248,000 nucleotides of DNA from Wallemia ichthyophaga EXF-994 (taxonomy: Eukaryota > Fungi > Basidiomycota), in assembly GCF_000400465.1 (NCBI RefSeq), contig NW_008806285.1:20001-268000 (forward strand), written 5' to 3'. The translations under genes were made by a program, and so were the position numbers. Positions 238,950 to 248,000 of the stretch are shown here, one piece after another (positions within the stretch are counted from its first letter, which is position 1; every line of letters starts with the position of its first letter). The notes under the pieces are model-generated. The model searched no databases, had not been told where the DNA came from, and saw only the letters and a list, made by a program, of their open reading frames with translations.

Positions 238950-240143
238950 CTAATTATCTCTATTCCTGGCAGCTACGAATCTCTTAAGTACAACCTCCTT
239001 CACTCTATACTCGGCCAGCAGTTTAGCCGGGTCATCGAGGTTGCGAACCTTTTCTTGGGATGGTATTTGCACGTACGCGAGAATTAAAGTCTTTTTAGCT
239101 TGTCCATTCACCCTATTTATGGTGTTGAGCCACTGCCAGCTGAGCTTGTCCGAATTGTGCAGGTCAAATGGACTCGACTCTTTGTCTCGTTGATCCTCGT
239201 ATGTTGGACAAATGACGACAGCAAATTCTGCGTGGTGGAAGACTGGGCCACGCTTATAGAGCACAATGTCTACGCAGAACTTGATACCACTCTTTATCAC
239301 CCATCCTAGCGATCTGTAGTAGTGATAGATGGCATAATTGACTAGGAATGGGTTATCGAGGCGCTGCAGGCAAGTGTCTCTTGAATCCGGAGCGTTTTGA
239401 AGGAACATTGAAGCTAGTCTGCACTCCTTCCAGAGCTGATTGATGGGTATCACCGCGTCCGTGTATGGATCCACAATCTTCAGACAGCCAATCCCCCAAG
239501 CCAAGAAAAAGGCCTCTGGAAGAGTGAGTTGGAGATGCTCAGCATTGGACAAATCTTGTTGTTCTTCTTGTGTATCAGGCTCTAGAGGTTCCCACTTCGG
239601 TGGACTAGACGGCTCAATCGGATTAGAGCTTTTTTCATTTAAAGGCAGGTTATCGTTGTCATCTGCAGGCATTGGTGGAGACAGTTTTATACTATCAGAG
239701 CCCTCCAAAGCAGCCTCAGCGGCCAACTGAGCTTCAGATAAGACCTTTGCTCTTTCAATCTTCATTTTGTTCCTCTCTATACGTCTCTTGGAGGTAATTT
239801 CTTCAGCAGTTGGCTGTGGTTTGTCACCAACGGCCAATTTACGCTGACGGTCATTCCAAGTTGGCTCAGAGCGGCTAAGTGAACCTTTGCCAAAGAATCC
239901 TCTAGTCCAGAGCACTCTGACGTCTCTCTCGTTGATAACCCACACGGATTGGGTTTGCTTGATGTACACGCCCACGCATTGCGGATTAATTAGCGATTTC
240001 TGTCCAAATCTACTCAAACCGGCCAAGAAAGTCGACGGCCTCTGATCGATGAGAACTGGGAGTGGATTGGCGTATATTCTATTCTGATGCTGTTTTATTC
240101 TTTTATGCGCTGTATTGTTTCTTGGTGGTGGATTTGCAGCCAT
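238950..240143 (-). CDS. SEN2: tRNA splicing endonuclease catalytic subunit Sen2
   Basis: GFFGKGSLSRSEP; EHLQL..EAFF; YHYYRSLGW.IKSGIKF..Y.RGP.FHHAEF. Confidence 0.93.
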   Translation of the reverse strand: MAANPPPRNNTAHKRIKQHQNRIYANPLPVLIDQRPSTFLAGLSRFGQKSLINPQCVGVYIKQTQSVWVINERDVRVLWTRGFFGKGSLSRSEPTWNDRQRKLAVGDKPQPTAEEITSKRRIERNKMKIERAKVLSEAQLAAEAALEGSDSIKLSPPMPADDNDNLPLNEKSSNPIEPSSPPKWEPLEPDTQEEQQDLSNAEHLQLTLPEAFFLAWGIGCLKIVDPYTDAVIPINQLWKECRLASMFLQNAPDSRDTCLQRLDNPFLVNYAIYHYYRSLGWVIKSGIKFCVDIVLYKRGPVFHHAEFAVVICPTYEDQRDKESSPFDLHNSDKLSWQWLNTINRVNGQAKKTLILAYVQIPSQEKVRNLDDPAKLLAEYRVKEVVLKRFVAARNRDN

Positions 240144-240197
240144 TGTGATGGCGTCGTGGCTGTTTGGGTAGAAGCGATCGTTAAGAGTTATCAACCA

Positions 240198-241099
240198 TGT
240201 CTTCTCTGTGTGAGTCTATGCTACCAGCGTACATCACAAGCATTTCTAATTCCTGGTACAGCTTCAGCGCCACCAAAATTACTAGCGCTGTACATAACAG
240301 TACCAATTGTTAGTTGTACCTTGGGTGATGATCTGATGATCTGCGCGAAATACTGACGCTACCACAAAGCTCGCATTCGGTATGGGATATTTGCTAGGCA
240401 GACCAAGTGGATCACAGCTGCGCACAACTACCGATTCGGAGGAAGAAGACAGTGACGATGAACCTCAGGAGGGGCTTGGATCGGTGAAGCCGAGTATTTT
240501 AGAGCCATGCAAGATGGTCAGTGGTGTTTTTATTATCGTTACTCCCTTTAACGTGATAATGCGACACAAAAGGTTTTAGTCGTTAGAACTGATTTAGGTA
240601 TGACCAAAGGCAAAATAGCAGCGCAATGCAGGTGAGATCGGATTATGAAGCTCGTTATATGCTTACATATCCAGCCACGCCACTTTGGCTTGCTACAAGG
240701 CACTCCAGCAGTCAAATCCAGCCGTAAGTGTGTTCTGAGGCGGCTGCAACGACCTGACAATCTAAAGCTGCTTCGTCACTGGGAGCGTACTGGGTGAGTT
240801 TGGAATATCTCTTGGCACTCCCAACTTGCTTAGATGACGATACAGCCAAGCAAAGATAACAGTACAAGCAAAGTCAGAAGAGGAGCTTATGATACTGCAA
240901 GCACAAGCACAGTCTGTGAATGTATGTGCAAAGACCATTCAGGATGCGTGAGTGCTTTGTTTATCGCGGTGATTGGTGGCTCACTAAGCACCACAGTGGG
241001 CGCACACAGATAGAAGCCGGATCAACTACAGTGCTAGGCGTTGGACCAGCACCTGTAGATCTTGTCAACGTGGTGACTTCCGAGCAGAAGCTGTTGTAG
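240198..241099 (+). CDS. PTH2: Peptidyl-tRNA hydrolase 2
   Basis: KMVLVVRTDLGMTKGKIAAQC(S)HA; IQDAGRTQI; LGVGPAP. Confidence 0.93.
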
Positions 241100-241236
241100 A
241101 ATGACCAAATGTGTTTTGTAAATCTTCCAAAGGAAAAGAAAGCAGCCAACAAATGCCAAGGATCAAATGGATGAAACTGAGTTTACAATCATGTACGTAA
241201 GTTGAGTAGATCGAAACCTGAGAAACGACGCTAAGT

Positions 241237-241622
241237 TTAATCAGCGTGAACATCACGGAGACGACGGATGGTGCTGTGAAAATGGTTAGCATATCATTGG
241301 AATCACTTAAGATCACTCCACCCACCTACGGACAGTGGTTGCTGCTGGAGTAGCCAAAGCATAGGCACCACCTGCAATAACCTTACGACAGGCCTTACAG
241401 TTCCAGATACCGGTAGCGGTACGCTTTACTGAATCTTTACCACAGAAGGTGCATGTGTAACGTGCGTGCTGTGAGATTTCCATCTTTTTTACTTGCTTAC
241501 GCAAGGAAGCACCATAGCGGACACCGTATTTTCCTGTGACACCGACCTTACGAGTACCTGTGGGCGTATACGATTTGAGTGGTTGCACTTAATTTAAATA
241601 TATTTCACTAACGCTTGACCAT
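241237..241622 (-). CDS. RPL43: 60S ribosomal protein L43 (eL43)
   Basis: [18 protein letters not shown]; CTFCGK..C..C; last exon STIRRLRD. Confidence 0.97.
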
Positions 241623-242026
241623 TTTTGGAACCTGTGTGTACTTGAAAGACGAGTGCCCAATTCGAAATTTTACACTGAATGCGAGGATTTTTCGCAATAT
241701 AAAATTACCAAGAAAGTGCTGAAAAGGGAGCATCAAGGGGTTTTTAGGGGCGCTTGAGGTGCTTGGGATGGTCTACAGTCCACTCCAGCTGTCTTCTCTG
241801 TTGAAGTTTGTGACGTTGATTGAAGATTTGAACCTAGGCTAGAGCGCAGAAGGACAACTATATTGTGATATACGCGTCATGCTCCTTACTACACACATTC
241901 CCTTTGACTCCCTTGAAATTAAAAATTTTAGACAGATTTTAGCGGATTCTCGCATCTTGTCCTTCACGCTTAACGTCGACGAGATTTAAACCGCTTTACT
242001 TCAATAAAAGTAACTGCAATCTCACA

Positions 242027-243141
242027 ATGGGTGCCAACAAGATCGAGAAAGAGAACTACTTCAACCGTCTCCAAGAGCTCATTGAGACGTACCCATCCAT
242101 CTTCATTGTCAACATCGACAACGTGTCTTCCAACCAAATGCACCAGATCCGTCAAGCCCTCCGTGGCAAGGGTCAAGTGCTTATGGGTAAGAACACCATG
242201 GTCCGTAGAGCCTTGAAGATTTTCATCCAATCAAACCCACAATACGAGCGTCTTTTGACACACGTTAAGGGTAACATTGGTTACGTCTTCACCTCTGGCG
242301 ACTTAAAGGACATCAGGGACATCATTGTCGCCAACAAGGTCAGAGCCCCAGCCAGAGCTGGTCTCTACTCACCAGAAGATGTCTACATTCCTGCTGGTAA
242401 CACTGGTATGGAGCCAGGTAAGACTTCTTTCTTCCAAGCTCTCGGTGTCCCAACCAAGATTGCCCGTGGTACCATTGAAATCATCAGTGACATCAGAGTT
242501 GTTGAGAACAACACCCGTGTCGGTGCTTCTGAGGCTACTTTGCTCAACATGCTCAACATCTCTCCATTCACCTTCGGTATGACATGTGTGCAAGTTTACG
242601 ACAACGGTCAAATCTTCTCACCAACTGTTCTCGATGTCACTGAGGAGACTCTCATCGGCAGATTAATGACCGCTGGTAACCAAATCGCTGCCATCTCATT
242701 GGCCATCAACTACCCAACCTTGCCAGCAGCTATGCACTCGTTCATCAACTCATTCAAGAACATCATGGCTGTTTCTGTTGCAACTGACTACACTGTCAGC
242801 TACACTGAAAAGGTGAGTCTATTAAGCGCTCTATTCTTATGGCGGTCAGTTCTACGTGATGATTTCTTACTTATGTCAACACTGAAAATTCTTACACTGA
242901 AAAGTGGTGGTGAAAAACCAAGACGGGTCGCTGACTAGAACCCCGCCATGAGGAAGCGCGTGTGCTCATGCACTAACGCTAACACGATACACAGGTCAAG
243001 GACATGATCGCCAACCCAGATGCGTACGCTGCTGCTGCCCCAGCTGCTGCCACTGGTGGTGAAGCTGCCCCAGCTGCTGAGGAGAAGAAGGAGGAGGAAG
243101 AGGAAGAGGATGAAGACATGGGTCTCGGTCTCTTTGACTAA
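242027..243141 (+). CDS. RPP0: 60S acidic ribosomal protein P0 (uL10)
   Basis: MGKNTMVR; [11 protein letters not shown]; C-terminal [13 protein letters not shown]. Confidence 0.98.
242841..242947 (+). ncRNA. Intronic box C/D snoRNA, LSU rRNA guide
   Basis: C box GTGATGA, D box CTGA, terminal stem GTTCTA/TAGAAC; 12-nt CAAGACGGGTCG next to box D is complementary to conserved LSU CGACCCGTCTTG. Confidence 0.85.
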
Positions 243142-243284
243142 ACTGTTTGAAGAGCGTTTATTGTACTATGAATGTTTTGCTGCAGTAATGAAAAGTGTGC
243201 CCGGTTTTTTTTGTGTGTCCTAAACGTTGTATTTGTTAACAATCGAATCTCCACATTGTGCTGCCCTTGCTCACTATCAATCAG

Positions 243285-244101
243285 GATGCCCAACCCCACG
243301 CAACAATCGTACCGAATCAGAAACTGGGAAATAAAGACGCAAAAGTCGACGATACCTTCAATGCCCGAAAGCGACGCCTTGGCTGCTGAACTCGGGATCC
243401 CAATACCAGAGATGACATTCCTATCGAGTGGAGTGGAGGTGCTAGACACAGATAGCGGATTTAAGTTAAGTTTCAATGCGCGTGATGCACTACGTGGAGT
243501 GAGCAAACAGAATGAATTGAGGGTATCTTACGCCGATCACTGGCGAAGCAGTCGACAACCGCACGAAGCATCCACCATACAGCCTAGTCAGCCATGGGAC
243601 TGGACTTACAGTACGACATACAGCGGCAGCACAGAAAGTGAAAGAGCACACTGGCAGCCCATCCCCACCACTACACCAGTCATTCCCATCGATAAACTCA
243701 GTGACACCACCCAGCCTATCCTCTTCTACGACGATGTGCAACTTTACGAAGACGAACTAGGCGACAACGGTCAAGTAGGTCTTAATGTGAAAATACGCGT
243801 TATGCCTTTCGCTTGGTTCATCCTTCAGCGCTTCTTCCTCCGTGTGGATGACGTCCTCTTTCGCATGTACGACGTGCGCGTTTATCACGATTTCAGCGGC
243901 AATGTCGTCTCGCGTGAGTGTGCGGGCTGGGAGGCGGGTTGGGAGGCTATGAAGCAGTGTCTGCCCCCTCATACACCTAACATTCTTTCAGATGAACCTG
244001 TCATCCAGGCAACGCTGCGCACTATGGAGAAATACAACACGCATACTAATTGCACGCAATGGAAGGGACTGGGGTGTGTGAAGGAGGTGTGTGAGTTGTG
244101 A
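243285..244101 (+). CDS. TIP41: TIP41/TIPRL PP2A regulator
   Basis: IPEMTF; WDWTYSTTY; LYEDELGDNG; RFFLRVDDV. Confidence 0.94.
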
Positions 244102-244254
244102 GTTGTGAGAGTTGAACGGTGATGGTATTCATGTTGATTGATTATGCGACTATTTAATACAAAGCTTGTAGAGCTTGAGTGTTTGTGGGTGTGTGAGGAG
244201 TGTTAGATGTGCAAGAGGTGTGCATACGCTTGTGTATTGCTTATAGATTTCACC

Positions 244255-245538
244255 CTACACCAACCCCTTTTCCTCAATCTTGGCAGCTGTAGCTTCGATC
244301 TGCGCCAGTGTGTTAGACAAGCACTCCATACCATAATACAATACGAAACCCACCAAAGAAGCGACCGATTTGATTTGTGCATCCCACCCATGTGTGTGTG
244401 GAGCATAAGCAGCTTCAAATTGTCTATCATCTTCCTGCGCAGCAGCCACATGCGCCGCACCACCCAAGTCGCCTTCGTGGGTAGCATGTGAAGGAGTGAA
244501 CACGATAACGGCATCGACCTGATCAATATAAGCTTCTAATCTCGACTGTACTATCATAGTGGATGCAATAGTTTCAGCACCGTAGGACGATAAATTGAGT
244601 AATGCACCTAGACGCGTGAAGGTGATGTTATCGAATATCTTACTAGCTGCCAACAAATTATGCTCAATCATCGCACGTTCGAGCACATTCGTAGGCGTAT
244701 GTTTTGCCCCTTGCTCGTCCACGTTATTGTGCGTGTAGCTGATCTGCGCTATTTGATGTGCAGATAGGTGTTCAGCAAAAGATGCTATGTCGTCTGCTGA
244801 TAAAATTCGCTCGAGGAATACCTTCTCGAGTATTATGTGGTGTTGTGTAGAACGACTCCTTTCGTCGCGGTAGAGTGATGCGAGGATGCGACTGCGTTTA
244901 GGACCAGCTGGTGCAAGTATAGCAGTAACTATCGCAGCCGAAAGAGAACTTAGTCTATCTTCATAATCGAGATCAGCTTCATAGCTCAGTTGCTGGAAGA
245001 TAGTGGCAGATCTTATAAAGTCGCGCTTGTAGTCGAGAATTCTAGCCTGACTCAGTTTGAAAGACAGGATAAGTGATTTATTCGTCGTGGTGTGTATCAC
245101 TGTCGCGGCCTTGTTGAGATAAGACTCGGAACTTATAGAGTCATCGACTTCCAAATACAGTCTGACAATCTTGATGTACGTGTCGAGCTTACTATCGATA
245201 CTCTCAAGTAAATCGAAGTTCAGCTTCGTTAATTCGTTCGCAGCGCTCGACAAATCGTCAGCGTTGAAGTACAAATCGGATGCTTGGATATGGAGCTGAT
245301 TGTTCAGATGATCGTAGAGGCTGTAATGGCTAAGAATATCACACGCAGAAGCGATATTCTTCACCAAGCCAGATTTGATGAGGTGCTCTGTACATTGTTC
245401 AACAACAGACTTCTTCTGAATGAGGTTGTAGTTTGAGCTGAGAATTGAGTTGAGCGTATCTGCGATGTTTCCATCCAACTGCTCAAATAGCAGAGTATAA
245501 TTTTTGGCGTCGATTATCTCCTCAATACTCGTCATCAT
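244255..245538 (-). CDS. COP9 signalosome subunit 4
   Basis: YIKIVRLYLE; LAPAGPKRSRILASLYRDER; AMIEHNLLAAS PCI domain. Confidence 0.92.
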   Translation of the reverse strand: MMTSIEEIIDAKNYTLLFEQLDGNIADTLNSILSSNYNLIQKKSVVEQCTEHLIKSGLVKNIASACDILSHYSLYDHLNNQLHIQASDLYFNADDLSSAANELTKLNFDLLESIDSKLDTYIKIVRLYLEVDDSISSESYLNKAATVIHTTTNKSLILSFKLSQARILDYKRDFIRSATIFQQLSYEADLDYEDRLSSLSAAIVTAILAPAGPKRSRILASLYRDERSRSTQHHIILEKVFLERILSADDIASFAEHLSAHQIAQISYTHNNVDEQGAKHTPTNVLERAMIEHNLLAASKIFDNITFTRLGALLNLSSYGAETIASTMIVQSRLEAYIDQVDAVIVFTPSHATHEGDLGGAAHVAAAQEDDRQFEAAYAPHTHGWDAQIKSVASLVGFVLYYGMECLSNTLAQIEATAAKIEEKGLV

Positions 245539-245561
245539 CGGTAGACCTAGAGAGAGGGAAA

Positions 245562-246110
245562 ATGACTTCAATTCAGAAAGCAATGGGTCTTGAATTTTTG
245601 AAGTACAAGGTTAGTAACCTCGAAGGCAGCGTGGAGTACAAGCAGAGCGTCGTTGTCGATGTTACAGCGCTGTTATATGGGATAGAGGTGCTGAAGCGGT
245701 GGATACATGATAAAACCCATGTAATTATGATACCACTGCACGCAATAAACAGCCTGGATGTGTTCAAGGGGATGGGTGATGACGATATCCAGTACAGATC
245801 CCGCAATGCATCTGCGTTTATCGAAAAGGAGTTGAAGAAGCAGACGATAAAGCTGCAGGAGTCTATCCCACTCACCAGCAACCACTACACAAACATAATA
245901 AATTCACTTAAACTGACTTCAAACGCGTCCAAGCTGGTCGTCGTTGGTACTGGCGCGGACGTGGACAGACTCAATACAGATGAAATCACACAGCACACGC
246001 AGCAATCTGGCTACGACGTCGACTTGCTTTTGCCTGCAGAAATTGAAGATGCTGCACTGTGGTCAAAACAGAGGAAATTGAAATATTTGAATAAAAGTAA
246101 GAAGAAGTAA
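245562..246110 (+). CDS. PIN-domain-like small protein
   Basis: VVVDVTALL..IPLHAINSLD..KG...SRNASAFIE follows the PIN pattern. Confidence 0.55.
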   Translation: MTSIQKAMGLEFLKYKVSNLEGSVEYKQSVVVDVTALLYGIEVLKRWIHDKTHVIMIPLHAINSLDVFKGMGDDDIQYRSRNASAFIEKELKKQTIKLQESIPLTSNHYTNIINSLKLTSNASKLVVVGTGADVDRLNTDEITQHTQQSGYDVDLLLPAEIEDAALWSKQRKLKYLNKSKKK

Positions 246111-246273
246111 GAGGTTAGGGTCTGAGGACTACGAAACAAGATGAATGAGTGTCCATCCGCACTCAAGATAATCACACCACAGCCACAGCGCACACTTTTA
246201 GATTAGAGGAGATTGATCTTGTGTATATCAATTAAGTTTAAAATGCAGGCACCTTTAAATACGGTTAGAGCGT

Positions 246274-246468
246274 CTACAGCGCAGCTATCCAACTCACCAA
246301 CAAATCACCAGCGACTCTGATAAAACCAATTGATCCAATGAAGAAGGCTGATCCCCATACGATTGGCATGTTCTCTGGTGCGAAAGATGACTTCAAGTAC
246401 TTCCTGATAGTCGACTCATTGGTTGCTCCTTCGCTTGTCGTGAGGTAGGCTGGCTTGTCACTCATTTT
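246274..246468 (-). CDS. Small membrane protein, Tom6-like
   Basis: APENMPIVWGSAFFIGSIGFIRVAGDLLV resembles fungal Tom6. Confidence 0.5.
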   Translation of the reverse strand, partial: KMSDKPAYLTTSEGATNESTIRKYLKSSFAPENMPIVWGSAFFIGSIGFIRVAGDLLVSWIAAL

Positions 246469-246560
246469 GCGTTCTGGGAAGACGGACAGGGACAAACAGA
246501 CATATTCAAGATAACCGACGTAACAAAATATTATGACAAAAATTTAACAACAAAAACATT

Positions 246561-247400
246561 TTACAGCTTTTGCATAGCAGCAATATCAGTGGATTGGACG
246601 TGGTCCTCATCTGCCTCGACTTGCTCTTGGAGTTCTTCCAAACCGACCTTCTCGTCCTCAACGACGAGAGTAACTTGCAACTTGTTTACACCGTATCCAA
246701 CTGGGACAAGCTTGGAGAGACCCCAGGTAAGTCCATCAATCTCAATTGATCTCATGTTCTCCTCCAATTTCTTCATGTCTGTCTCGTTGTCCCATGGCTT
246801 CACGTCGAAGGTAACGACAGACTTCTGCACGGTCTTTGGCTTCTTTGACTTCTTCTCGTTGTACATAGCAACTCTCTCTGACTTGATACGCTCAGCTTCT
246901 GGGTCCTCATCGTCGGAGCCGAAGAGGTCAACGTCATCGTCCTCCTCCTTGGACTCGGCAGCTGGTGCTGGTGCTGCTGGTGCGCTACCTGCTGGGGCTG
247001 AGCCGTACAAGGAAGCAGCGAAAGCGCCACCGCCAAGAACATCAAATTGGTCCTTGAAGGTGCTGATGTGGTTGAACCATCTGCTGACGTTCTGGTATTG
247101 AGCTGGAGCGCTGCCTACTTGCTTGTAGACAAAGACGTCAGCTTGGGATGGGTTGTGTCTGGGGCTTGTTAGACGGGTGTAACGTGTGTAAGAGCGTATC
247201 AAGACAACAGCACACAATGCTCAGTAGTATTGGATTGTTTATCTGCATAAAAAGCGGGGTCTTAATCCGCACTAGGAAACACGGACCAATAGTAGAATCA
247301 TCATGTTGTGTGCTGTATGCCACGCTCTCCAGTTCTCCACTTACGCATCAACGTATGAGTTGTTTTGGAGGTGTTGATCGAGCTGCTTCAAATCAACCAT
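246561..247400 (-). CDS. EFB1: Elongation factor 1-beta
   Basis: [10 protein letters not shown]; [10 protein letters not shown]; [12 protein letters not shown]. Confidence 0.98.
247213..247310 (-). ncRNA. U18: U18/snR18 box C/D snoRNA in EFB1 intron
   Basis: C box ATGATGA, guide TTGGTCCGTGTTTC, D box CTGA, CACAA/TTGTG stem; same host gene as yeast snR18. Confidence 0.9.
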
Positions 247401-247496
247401 CTTGTTATTTGTCTGAATGAAGAGAGAGAAGCCAGCGCAATCGCGAAGACTACATGTTGGAAAAATTTCTGCAAGAATTAAAAATCTTTTTTGTGA

Positions 247497-248000
247497 AATG
247501 TTGAGCGAGAGTAGTGTAGCTTATAATAATAAGGTGTGTTTAATTCGTGCTTTCTGCCCAGCTAACGACGCAGCACTCGTTCGTCACTGGTGGCTCGCAA
247601 GGTCTAGGGATAGCGCTAGCCAGTGAGCTAGTGAATCGCGGGAGCAGTGTAACGATTTGTGCGCGCAACGAGTCCAAGCTTGCTGCCGCCGTTGCACAAA
247701 TCGAGGTGGGCAATGAGTGATGATATCGCGGGTGATATGCTCAACGCACAGCGCAGAAACACAGAAGCAATGACAATCAATTCATACACTACGTTTCTGC
247801 CGATCTGACAAAATATACGCAGGCTCTGCACGCTATAGAAAGAGCCACTGAGTTAGCATTAGCGACACAGAAGATGCCACCATCTCTCTTCTTCGCCTGC
247901 GCAGGATGCTCGACACCCGGCTGGTTTGCAGAGATGTCCATTGAGGAATTCGAGTGGGACATGCAGGCCAACTACTTCTCCGCATTGCATACTGCCAAGG
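247497..248000 (+). CDS. TSC10: 3-ketodihydrosphingosine reductase-like SDR, truncated by window end
   Basis: ALVTGGSQGLG; VTICARNE; FACAGCSTPG; MQANYF. Confidence 0.75.

Overview
Gene-dense eukaryotic DNA with short GT-AG introns and very short intergenic spacers. The proteins are basidiomycete-like; the compactness best fits Wallemia, but that is an inference I cannot verify. About 115 protein-coding genes are recognisable, mostly conserved housekeeping genes (e.g. TOR, REV3, SEN1, ELP1, IQGAP, formin, kinesin-1, BCK1, alpha-tubulin, TBP, eRF1). Many gene boundaries were assembled by eye across introns and are approximate. I saw no rRNA, tRNA, CRISPR array or intact transposon. The main structural finding is a gene-free block of about 6 kb (196318-202317): two near-identical 1885-bp inverted arms around a 2230-bp AT-rich core, inside a broader AT-rich trough, which looks like an inverted-repeat regional centromere. 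Other notable items: a three-copy degenerate dispersed repeat; two intronic box C/D snoRNAs (U18 in EF-1beta, and an LSU guide in RPLP0); a nuclear gene with a bacterial RnpA-type RNR motif; head-to-head gene pairs whose ATGs are only 12-28 bp apart; a divergent biotin gene pair; a convergent pair of unknown paralogues; and three small CsbD/LEA-like paralogues.
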